Assembly: GCA_964057225.1 (NCBI GenBank)
Contig: OZ059900.1
Coordinates: 186,001-250,000 of the forward strand
Reading direction: 5' to 3'
Length of the DNA: 64,000 nt
Origin: Auanema rhodensis
Lineage: Eukaryota; Animalia; Nematoda
Part shown: piece after piece, positions 15,158-27,810 of the stretch
Layout: every line of letters starts with the position of its first letter
Numbering within the stretch: position 1 is the first letter of the stretch
Program-made: the position numbers and the translations under genes
The notes under the pieces: generated by a model
What the model was told of the DNA's origin: nothing
The model's input: the letters and a program-made list of their open reading frames with translations, nothing else
The model's database searches: none

Positions 15158-15198
15158 AAACACAAACACTCATAAAAATAGACTGATTTCGTGTATTG
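15158..15198. other. Satellite orientation-switch (inversion) junction
   Basis: The left orientation ends at GAGAATCAAACACA (15164). Three extra bases AAC follow (15165-15167), then the opposite orientation starts at ACTCATAAAAATAGACTG (15168). The junction reads AAACAC-AAACAC. Confidence 0.95.
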
Positions 15199-18100
15199 TA
15201 TGTTTGATTCTCAAATCTTAACGAATATGATCAAAATTTACGAGTATTACAGATTTTGTACCAAAAATCGGTGAGTATATGGTGTTAAAGGCATAAAAAC
15301 GACCATACTTAGTGTAGTAATGCTATTTGAGCGAAATTCAGTATTTAAACATCACTAGCGTTTAATTGATGACTTTTGTTGTTATAGACAATAAAACTAT
15401 GCTTTTGATCATATATATGAGCGATTTAGCCAAATTGGACTCAAAACTCGGACATTTCCAAAATTCTTTCTATTTTCGACCTTTTTTGATCAAAATGAAT
15501 ATATATCAGTGCAAACTCATAAAAATAAACTGATTTCGTGTATTGTATGTTTGATTCTCAAATCTTAACGAATATGATCAAAATTTACGAGTATTACAGA
15601 TTTTGTACCAAAAATCGGTGAGTATATGGTGTTAAAGGCATAAAAACGACCATACTTAGTGTAGTAATGCTATTTGAGCGAAATTCAGTATTTAAACATC
15701 ACTAGCGTTTAATTGATGACTTTTGTTGTTATAGACAATAAAACTATGCTTTTGATCATATATATGAGCGATTTAGCCAAATTGGACTCAAAACTCGGAC
15801 ATTTCCAAAATTCTTTCTATTTTCGACCTTTTTTGATCAAAATGAATATATATCAGTGCAAACTCATAAAAATAGACTGATTTTGTGTATTGTGTGTTTG
15901 ATTCTCAAATCTTAACAAATATGATCAAAATTTACAAGTATTACAGATTTTGTACCAAAAATCGGTGAGTATATGGTGTTAAAGGCATAAAAACGACCAT
16001 ACTTAGTGTACTAATGCTATTTGAGCGAAATTCAGTATTAAAACATCACTAGCGTTTAATTGATGACTTTTGTTGTTATAGACAATAAAACTATGCTTTT
16101 GATCATATATATGAGCGATTCAGCCAAATTGGACTCAAAACTCGGAAATTTCAAAAATTCTTTCTATTTTCGACCTTTTTTGATCAAAATGAATATATAT
16201 CAGTGCAAGCTCATAAAAATAGACTGATTTTGTGTATTGTGTGTTTGATTCTCAAATCTTAACGAATATGATCAAAATTTACGAGTATTACAGATTTTGT
16301 ACCAAAAATCGGTGAGTATATGGTGTTAAAGGCATAAAAACGACCATACTTAGTGTAGTAATGCTATTTGAGCGAAATTTAGTGATTTAAACATCATTAG
16401 TGTTTAATTAATGACTTTTGTTGTCATAGACAAAAAAACTATGCTTTTGATCATATATATGAGCGATTTAGCCCAATTGGACTCAAAACTCGGAAAATTC
16501 AAAAATTCTTTCTATTTTCGACCTTTTTTGATCAAAATGAATATATATCAGTGCAAGCTCATAAAAATAGACTGATTTTGTGTATTGTGTGTTTGATTCT
16601 CAAATCTTAACGAATATGATCAAAATTTACGAGTATTACAGATTTTGTACCAAAAATCGGTGAGTATATGGTGTTAAAGGCATAAAAACGACCATACTTA
16701 GTGTAGTAATGCTATTTGAGCGAAAATCAGTATTTAAACATCACTAGCGTTTAATTGATGACTTTTGTTGTCATAGACAACAAAACTATGCTTCTGATCA
16801 TATATATGAGCGATTTAGCCAAATTAGACTCAAAACTCGGAAATTTCAAAAATTCTTTGTATTTTCGACCTTTTTTGATCAAAATGAATATATATCAGTG
16901 CAAGCTCATAAAAATAGACTGATTTCGTGTATTGTATGTTTGATTCTCGAATCTTAACGAATATGATCAAAATTTACGAGTATTACAGATTTTGTACCAA
17001 AAATCGGTGAGTATATGGTGTTAAAGGCATAAAAACGACCATACTTAGTGTACTAATGCTATTTGAGCGAAATTCAGTATTAAAACATCACTAGCGTTTA
17101 ATTGATGACTTTTGTTGTTATAGACAATAAAACTATGCTTTTGATCATATATATGAGCGATTCAGCCAAATTGGACTCAAAACTCGGAAATTTCAAAAAT
17201 TCTTTCTATTTTCGACCTTTTTTGATCAAAATGAATATATATCAGTGCAAGCTCATAAAAATAGACTGATTTTGTGTATTGTGTGTTTGATTCTCAAATC
17301 TTAACGAATATGATCAAAATTTACGAGTATTACAGATTTTGTACCAAAAATCGGTGAGTATATGGTGTTAAAGGCAAAAAAACGACCATACTTAGTGTAG
17401 TAATGCTATTTGAGCGAAATTCAGTATTTAAACATCACTAGCGTTTAATTGATGACTTTTGTTGTTATAGACAATAAAACTATGCTTTTGATCATATATA
17501 TGAGCGATTTAGCCAAATTGGACTCAAAACTCGGACATTTCCAAAATTCTTTCTATTTTCGACCTTTTTTGATCAAAATGAATATATATCAGTGCAAACT
17601 CATAAAAATAGACTGATTTTGTGTATTGTGTGTTTGATTCTCAAATCTTAACAAATATGATCAAAATTTACAAGTATTACAGATTTTGTACCAAAAATCG
17701 GTGAGTATATGGTGTTAAAGGCATAAAAACGACCATACTTAGTGTACTAATGCTATTTGAGCGAAATTCAGTATTAAAACATCACTAGCGTTTAATTGAT
17801 GACTTTTGTTGTTATAGACAATAAAACTATGCTTTTGATCATATATATGAGCGATTCAGCCAAATTGGACTCAAAACTCGGAAATTTCAAAAATTCTTTC
17901 TATTTTCGACCTTTTTTGATCAAAATGAATATATATCAGTGCAAGCTCATAAAAATAGACTGATTTTGTGTATTGTGTGTTTGATTCTCAAATCTTAACG
18001 AATATGATCAAAATTTACGAGTATTACAGATTTTGTACCAAAAATCGGTGAGTATATGGTGTTAAAGGCATAAAAACGACCATACTTAGTGTAGTAATGC

Positions 18101-21100
18101 TATTTGAGCGAAATTTAGTGATTTAAACATCATTAGTGTTTAATTAATGACTTTTGTTGTCATAGACAAAAAAACTATGCTTTTGATCATATATATGAGC
18201 GATTTAGCCCAATTGGACTCAAAACTCGGAAAATTCAAAAATTCTTTCTATTTTCGACCTTTTTTGATCAAAATGAATATATATCAGTGCAAGCTCATAA
18301 AAATAGACTGATTTTGTGTATTGTGTGTTTGATTCTCAAATCTTAACGAATATGATCAAAATTTACGAGTATTACAGATTTTGTACCAAAAATCGGTGAG
18401 TATATGGTGTTAAAGGCATAAAAACGACCATACTTAGTGTAGTAATGCTATTTGAGCGAAAATCAGTATTAAAACATCACTAGCGTTTAATTGATGACTT
18501 TTGTTGTTATAGACAATAAAACTATGCTTTTGATCATATATATGAGCGATTCAGCCAAATTGGACTCAAAACTCGGAAATTTCAAAAATTCTTTGTATTT
18601 TCGACCTTTTTTGATCAAAATGAATATATATCAGTGCAAGCTCATAAAAATAGACTGATTTTGTGTATTGTGTGTTTGATTCTCAAATCTTAACGAATAT
18701 GATCAAAATTTACGAGTATTACAGATTTTGTACCAAAAATCGGTGAGTATATGGTGTTAAAGGCAAAAAAACGACCATACTTAGTGTAGTAATGCTATTT
18801 GAGCGAAATTTAGTGATTTAAACATCATTAGTGTTTAATTAATGACTTTTGTTGTCATAGACAAAAAAACTATGCTTTTGATCATATATATGAGCGATTT
18901 AGCCCAATTGGACTCAAAACTCGGAAAATTCAAAAATTCTTTCTATTTTCGACCTTTTTTGATCAAAATGAATATATATCAGTGCAAGCTCATAAAAATA
19001 GACTGATTTTGTGTATTGTGTGTTTGATTCTCAAATCTTAACGAATATGATCAAAATTTACGAGTATTACAGATTTTGTACCAAAAATCGGTGAGTATAT
19101 GGTGTTAAAGGCATAAAAACGACCATACTTAGTGTAGTAATGCTATTTGAGCGAAAATCAGTATTTAAACATCACTAGCGTTTAATTGATGACTTTTGTT
19201 GTCATAGACAACAAAACTATGCTTCTGATCATATATATGAGCGATTTAGCCAAATTAGACTCAAAACTCGGAAATTTCAAAAATTCTTTGTATTTTCGAC
19301 CTTTTTTGATCAAAATGAATATATATCAGTGCAAGCTCATAAAAATAGACTGATTTCGTGTATTGTATGTTTGATTCTCGAATCTTAACGAATATGATCA
19401 AAATTTACGAGTATTACAGATTTTGTACCAAAAATCGGTGAGTATATGGTGTTAAAGGCATAAAAACGACCATACTTAGTGTAGTAATGCTATTTGAGCG
19501 AAATTCAGTATTTAAACATCACTAGCGTTTAATTGATGACTTTTGTTGTTATAGACAATAAAACTATGCTTTTGATCATATATATGAGCGATTTAGCCAA
19601 ATTGGACTCAAAACTCGGACATTTCCAAAATTCTTTCTATTTTCGACCTTTTTTGATCAAAATGAATATATATCAGTGCAAACTCATAAAAATAGACTGA
19701 TTTTGTGTATTGTGTGTTTTATTCTCAAATCTTAACAAATATGATCAAAATTTACAAGTATTACAGATTTTGTACCAAAAATCGGTGAGTATATGGTGTT
19801 AAAGGCATAAAAACGACCATACTTAGTGTACTAATGCTATTTGAGCGAAATTCAGTATTAAAACATCACTAGCGTTTAATTGATGACTTTTGTTGTTATA
19901 GACAATAAAACTATGCTTTTGATCATAAATATGAGCGATTCAGCCAAATTGGACTCAAAACTCGGAAATTTCAAAAATTCTTTCTATTTTCGACCTTTTT
20001 TGATCAAAATGAATATATATCAGTGCAAGCTCATAAAAATAGACTGATTTTGTGTATTGTGTGTTTGATTCTCAAATCTTAACGAATATGATCAAAATTT
20101 ACGAGTATTACAGATTTTGTACCAAAAATCGGTGAGTATATGGTGTTAAAGGCATAAAAACGACCATACTTAGTGTAGTAATGCTATTTGAGCGAAATTT
20201 AGTGATTTAAACATCATTAGTGTTTAATTAATGACTTTTGTTGTCATAGACAAAAAAACTATGCTTTTGATCATATATATGAGCGATTTAGCCCAATTGG
20301 ACTCAAAACTCGGAAAATTCAAAAATTCTTTCTATTTTCGACCTTTTTTGATCAAAATGAATATATATCAGTGCAAGCTCATAAAAATAGACTGATTTTG
20401 TGTATTGTGTGTTTGATTCTCAAATCTTAACGAATATGATCAAAATTTACGAGTATTACAGATTTTGTACCAAAAATCGGTGAGTATATGGTGTTAAAGG
20501 CATAAAAACGACCATACTTAGTGTAGTAATGCTATTTGAGCGAAAATCAGTATTTAAACATCACTAGCGTTTAATTGATGACTTTTGTTGTCATAGACAA
20601 CAAAACTATGCTTCTGATCATATATATGAGCGATTTAGCCAAATTAGACTCAAAACTCGGAAATTTCAAAAATTCTTTGTATTTTCGACCTTTTTTGATC
20701 AAAATGAATATATATCAGTGCAAGCTCATAAAAATAGACTGATTTCGTGTATTGTATGTTTGATTCTCAAATCTTAACGAATATGATCAAAATTTACGAG
20801 TATTACAGATTTTGTAAGAAAAATCGGTGAGTATATGGTGTTAAAGGCATAAAAACGACCATACTTAGTGTAGTAATGCTATTTGAGCGAAATTCAGTAT
20901 TTAAACATCACTAGCGTTTAATTGATGACTTTTGTTGTTATAGACAATAAAACTATGCTTTTGATCATATATATGAGCGATTTAGCCAAATTGGACTCAA
21001 AACTCGGAAATTTCAAAAATTCTTTCTATTTTCGACCTTTTTTGATCAAAATGAATATATATCAGTGCAAGCTCATAAAAATAGACTGATTTTGTGTATT

Positions 21101-22599
21101 GTGTGTTTGATTCTCAGATCTTAACGAATATGATCAAAATTTACGAGTATTACAGATTTTGTACCAAAAATCGGTGAGTATATGGTGTTAAAGGCATAAA
21201 AACGACCATACTTAGTGTAGTAATGCTATTTGAGCGAAAATCAGTATTTAAACATCACTAGCGTTTAATTGATGACTTTTGTTGTCATAGACAACAAAAC
21301 TATGCTTCTGATCATATATATGAGCGATTTAGCCAAATTAGACTCAAAACTCGGAAATTTCAAAAATTCTTTGTATTTTCGACCTTTTTTGATCAAAATG
21401 AATATATATCAGTGCAAGCTCATAAAAATAGACTGATTTTGTGTATTGTGTGTTTGATTCTCAAATCTTAACGAATATGATCAAAATTTACGAGTATTAC
21501 AGATTTTGTAAGAAAAATCGGTGAGTATATGGTGTTAAAGGCATAAAAACGACCATACTTAGTGTAGTAATGCTATTTGAGCGAAATTCAGTATTTAAAC
21601 ATCACTAGCGTTTAATTGATGACTTTTGTTGTTATAGACAATAAAACTATGCTTTTGATCATATATATGAGCGATTTAGCCCAATTGGACTCAAAACTCG
21701 GAAAATTCAAAAATTCTTTCTATTTTCGACCTTTTTTGATCAAAATGAATATATATCAGTGCAAGCTCATAAAAATAGACTGATTTTGTGTATTGTGTGT
21801 TTGATTCTCAAATCTTAACGAATATGATCAAAATTTACGAGTATTACAGATTTTGTACCAAAAATCGGTGAGTATATGGTGTTAAAGGCATAAAAACGAC
21901 CATACTTAGTGTAGTAATGCTATTTGAGCGAAAATCAGTATTTAAACATCACTAGCGTTTAATTGATGACTTTTGTTGTCATAGACAACAAAACTATGCT
22001 TCTGATCATATATATGAGCGATTTAGCCAAATTAGACTCAAAACTCGGAAATTTCAAAAATTCTTTGTATTTTCGACCTTTTTTGATCAAAATGAATATA
22101 TATTAGTGCAAGCTCATAAAAATAGACTGATTTCGTGTATTGTATGTTTGATTCTCAAATCTTAACGAATATGATCAAAATTTACGAGTATTACAGATTT
22201 TGTAAGAAAAATCGGTGAGTATATGGTGTTAAAGGCATAAAAACGACCATACTTAGTGTAGTAATGCTATTTGAGCGAAATTCAGTATTTAAACATCACT
22301 AGCGTTTAATTGATGACTTTTGTTGTCATAGACAACAAAACTATGCTTCTGATCATATATATGAGCGATTTAGCCAAATTAGACTCAAAACTCGGAAATT
22401 TAAAAATTCTTTGTATTTTCGACCTTTTTTGATCAAAATGAATATATATCAGTGCAAGCTCATAAAAATAGACTGATTTTGTGTATTGTGTGTTTGATTC
22501 TCAGATCTTAACGAATATGATCAAAATTTACGAGTATTACAGATTTTGTACCAAAAATCGGTGAGTATATGGTGTTAAAGGCATAAAAACGACCATACT

Positions 22600-25500
22600 T
22601 AGTGTAGTAATGCTATTTGAGCGAAATTCAGTATTTAAACATCACTAGCGTTTAATTGATGACTTTTGTTGTTATAGACAATAAAACTATGCTTTTGATC
22701 ATATATATGAGCGATTTAGCCAAATTGGACTCAAAACTCGGAAATTTCAAAAATTCTTTCTATTTTCGACCTTTTTTGATCAAAATGAATATATATCAGT
22801 GCAAACTCATAAAAATAGACTGATTTTGTGTATTGTGTGTTTGATTCTCAAATCTTAACGAATATGATCAAAATTTACGAGTATTACAGATTTTGTACCA
22901 AAAATCGGTGAGTATATGGTGTTAAAGGCATAAAAACGACCATACTTAGTGTAGTAATGCTATTTGAGCGAAATTCAGTATTTAAACATCACTAGCGTTT
23001 AATTGATGACTTTTGTTGTTATAGACAATAAAACTATGCTTTTGATCATATATATGAGCGATTTAGCCAAATTGGACTCAAAACTCGGAAATTTCAAAAA
23101 TTCTTTCTATTTTCGACCTTTTTTGATCAAAATGAATATATATCAGTGCAAACTCATAAAAATAGACTGATTTTGTGTATTGTGTGTTTGATTCTCAAAT
23201 CTTAACGAATATGATCAAAATTTACGAGTATTACAGATTTTGTACCAAAAATCGGTGAGTATATGGTGTTAAAGGCATAAAAACGACCATACTTAGTGTA
23301 GTAATGCTATTTGATCGAAATTCAGTATTTAAACATCACTAGCGTTTAATTGATGACTTTTGTTGTCATAGACAATAAAACTATGCTTTTGATCATATAT
23401 ATGAGCGATTTAGCCAAATTAGACTCAAAACTCGGAAATTTCAAAAATTCTTTCTATTTTCGACCTTTTTTGATCAAAATGAATATATATCAGTGCAAGC
23501 TCATAAAAATAGACTTATTTCTTGTATTGTATGTTTGATTCTCAAATCTTAACGAATATGAGCAAAATTTACGAGTATTACAGATTTTGTACCAAAAATC
23601 GGTGAGTATATGGTGTTAAAGGCATAAAAACGACCATACTTAGTGTAGTTATGCTATTTGAGCGAAATTCAGTATTTAAACATCACTAGCGTTTAATTGA
23701 TGACTTTTGTTGTTATAGACAATAAAACTATGCTTTTGATCATATATATGAGCGATTTAGCCAAATTAGACTCAAAACTCGGACATTTCCAAAATTCTTT
23801 CTATTTTCGACCTTTTTTGATCAAAAAGATCATATATCAGTGCAAGCTCATAAAAATAGACTGATTTTGTGTCTTGTGTGTTTGATTCTCAAATCTTAAC
23901 AAATATGATCAAACTTTACAAGTATTACAGATTTTGTACCAAAAATCGGTGAGTATATGGTGTTAAAGGCATAAAAACGACCATACTTAGTGTAGTTATG
24001 CTATTTGAGCGAAATTCGGTATTTAAACATCACTAGCGTTTAATTGATGACTTTTGTTGTTATAGACAATAAAACTATGCTTTTGATCATATATATGAGC
24101 GATTTAGCCAAATTGGACTCAAAACTCGGACATTCCCAAAATTCTTTCTATTTTCGACCTTTTTTGATCAAAATGAATATATATCAGTGCAAACTCATAA
24201 AAATAAACTGATTTTGTTTATTGTGTGTTTGATTTTCAAATCTTAACGAATATGATCAAAATTTACGAGTATTACAGATTTTGTACCAAAAATCGGTGAG
24301 TATATGGTGTTAAAGGCATAAAAACGACCATACTTAGTGTAGTAATGCTATTTGAGCGAAATTTAGTGATTTAAACATCATTAGTGTTTAATTAATGACT
24401 TTTGTTGTTATAGACAATAAAACTATGCTTTTGATCATATATATGAGCGATTTAGCCAAATTGGACTCAAAACTCGGAAAATTCAAAAATTCTTTCTATT
24501 TTCGACCTTTTTTGATCAAAATGAATATATATCAGTGCAAACTCATAAAAATAAACTGATTTTGTTTATTGTGTGTTTGATTTTCAAATCTTAACGAATA
24601 TGATCAAAATTTACGAGTATTACAGATTTTGTACCAAAAATCGGTGAGTATATGGTGTTAAAGGCATAAAAACGACCATACTTAGTGTAGTAATGCTATT
24701 TGAGCGAAATTCAGTATTTAAACATCACTAGCGTTTAATTGATGACTTTTGTTGTTATAGCAATAAAACTATGCTTTTGATCATATATATGAGCGATTTA
24801 GCCAAATTGGACTCAAAACTGGGACATTTCAAAAATTCTTTCTATTTTCGACCTTTTTTGATCAAAGTGAATATATATCAGTGCAAACTCATAAAAATAG
24901 ACTGATTTTGTGTATTGTATGTTTGATTCTCAAATCTTAACAAATATGATCAAAATTTACAAGTATTACAGATTTTGTACCAAAAATCGGTGAGTATATG
25001 GTGTTAAAGGCATAAAAACGACCATACTTAGTGTAGTAATGCTATTTGAGCGAAATTCAGTATTTAAACATCACTAGCGTTTAATTGATGACTTTTGTTG
25101 TTATAGACAATAAAACTATGCTTTTGATCATATATATGAGCGATTTAGCCAAATTGGACTCAAAACTCGGAAATTTCAAAAATTCTTTCTATTTTCGACC
25201 TTTTTTGATCAAAATGAATATATATCAGTGCAAACTCATAAAAATAGACTGATTTTGTGTATTGTGTGTTTGATTCTCAAATCTTAACGAATATGATCAA
25301 AATTTACGAGTATTACAGATTTTGTACCAAAAATCGGTGAGTATATGGTGTTAAAGGCATAAAAACGACCATACTTAGTGTAGTAATGCTATTTGAGCGA
25401 AATTCAGTATTTAAACATCACTAGCGTTTAATTGATGACTTTTGTTGTTATAGACAATAAAACTATGCTTTTGATCATATATATGAGCGATTTAGCCAAA

Positions 25501-27810
25501 TTGGACTCAAAACTCGGAAATTTCAAAAATTCTTTCTATTTTCGACCTTTTTTGATCAAAATGAATATATATCAGTGCAAACTCATAAAAATAGACTGAT
25601 TTTGTGTATTGTGTGTTTGATTCTCAAATCTTAACGAATATGATCAAAATTTACGAGTATTACAGATTTTGTACCAAAAATCGGTGAGTATATGGTGTTA
25701 AAGGCATAAAAACGACCATACTTAGTGTAGTAATGCTATTTGATCGAAATTCAGTATTTAAACATCACTAGCGTTTAATTGATGACTTTTGTTGTCATAG
25801 ACAATAAAACTATGCTTTTGATCATATATATGAGCGATTTAGCCAAATTAGACTCAAAACTCGGAAATTTCAAAAATTCTTTCTATTTTCGACCTTTTTT
25901 GATCAAAATGAATATATATCAGTGCAAGCTCATAAAAATAGACTTATTTCTTGTATTGTATGTTTGATTCTCAAATCTTAACGAATATGAGCAAAATTTA
26001 CGAGTATTACAGATTTTGTACCAAAAATCGGTGAGTATATGGTGTTAAAGGCATAAAAACGACCATACTTAGTGTAGTTATGCTATTTGAGCGAAATTCA
26101 GTATTTAAACATCACTAGCGTTTAATTGATGACTTTTGTTGTTATAGACAATAAAACTATGCTTTTGATCATATATATGAGCGATTTAGCCAAATTAGAC
26201 TCAAAACTCGGACATTTCCAAAATTCTTTCTATTTTCGACCTTTTTTGATCAAAAAGATCATATATCAGTGCAAGCTCATAAAAATAGACTGATTTTGTG
26301 TCTTGTGTGTTTGATTCTCAAATCTTAACAAATATGATCAAACTTTACAAGTATTACAGATTTTGTACCAAAAATCGGTGAGTATATGGTGTTAAAGGCA
26401 TAAAAACGACCATACTTAGTGTAGTTATGCTATTTGAGCGAAATTCGGTATTTAAACATCACTAGCGTTTAATTGATGACTTTTGTTGTTATAGACAATA
26501 AAACTATGCTTTTGATCATATATATGAGCGATTTAGCCAAATTGGACTCAAAACTCGGACATTCCCAAAATTCTTTCTATTTTCGACCTTTTTTGATCAA
26601 AATGAATATATATCAGTGCAAACTCATAAAAATAGACTGATTTTGTGTATTGTGTGTTTGATTCTCAAATCTTAACGAATATGATCAAAATTTACGAGTA
26701 TTACAGATTTTGTACCAAAAATCGGTGAGTATATGGTGTTAAAGGCATAAAAACGACCATACTTAGTGTAGTAATGCTATTTGAGCGAAATTTAGTGATT
26801 TAAACATCATTAGTGTTTAATTAATGACTTTTGTTGTTATAGACAATAAAACTATGCTTTTGATCATATATATGAGCGATTTAGCCAAATTGGACTCAAA
26901 ACTCGGAAAATTCAAAAATTCTTTCTATTTTCGACCTTTTTTGATCAAAATGAATATATATCAGTGCAAACTCATAAAAATAAACTGATTTTGTTTATTG
27001 TGTGTTTGATTTTCAAATCTTAACGAATATGATCAAAATTTACGAGTATTACAGATTTTGTACCAAAAATCGGTGAGTATATGGTGTTAAAGGCATAAAA
27101 ACGACCATACTTAGTGTAGTAATGCTATTTGAGCGAAATTTAGTGATTTAAACATCATTAGTGTTTAATTAATGACTTTTGTTGTTATAGACAATAAAAC
27201 TATGCTTTTGATCATATATATGAGCGATTTAGCCAAATTGGACTCAAAACTCGGAAAATTCAAAAATTCTTTCTATTTTCGACCTTTTTTGATCAAAATG
27301 AATATATATCAGTGCAAACTCATAAAAATAAACTGATTTTGTTTATTGTGTGTTTGATTTTCAAATCTTAACGAATATGATCAAAATTTACGAGTATTAC
27401 AGATTTTGTACCAAAAATCGGTGAGTATATGGTGTTAAAGGCATAAAAACGACCATACTTAGTGTAGTAATGCTATTTGAGCGAAATTCAGTATTTAAAC
27501 ATCACTAGCGTTTAATTGATGACTTTTGTTGTTATAGCAATAAAACTATGCTTTTGATCATATATATGAGCGATTTAGCCAAATTGGACTCAAAACTGGG
27601 ACATTTCAAAAATTCTTTCTATTTTCGACCTTTTTTGATCAAAGTGAATATATATCAGTGCAAACTCATAAAAATAGACTGATTTTGTGTATTGTATGTT
27701 TGATTCTCAAATCTTAACAAATATGATCAAAATTTACAAGTATTACAGATTTTGTACCAAAAATCGGTGAGTATATGGTGTTAAAGGCATAAAAACGACC
27801 ATACTTAGTG
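22600..27810 (+). repeat. Tandem 7-mer duplication (2429 bp); second copy has one extra 348-bp monomer
   Basis: Identical ORF-track variants at 23350/25779 and CAAAAAGATC at 23822/26251 (2429 bp). The 1-bp-deletion monomer TATAG-CAATA with ACTGGG is at about 24760/27537 (2777 bp = 2429+348). Confidence 0.88.

Larger units (their letters stand above)
1..15164 (-). repeat. Satellite array, 347/348-bp monomer, about 44 copies, reverse orientation relative to the rest of the window (runs off the left edge)
   Basis: The unit ...GGTCGTTTTTATGCCTTTAACACCATATACTCACCGATTTTTGGTACAAAATCTG... recurs every 347-348 bp and is the reverse complement of the unit seen after 15168. Confidence 0.98.

Noticed and set aside
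15100-15260. Transposon (MITE or foldback element) insertion at the orientation switch
   Set aside because: There is no foreign sequence beyond 3 nt, and both arms are plain satellite. The AAACAC duplication flanks nothing, although an old excision footprint cannot be formally excluded.
15408-15420. TATATA runs as TATA-box promoters
   Set aside because: Expected by chance in AT-rich repeats; there is no associated gene or transcript evidence.
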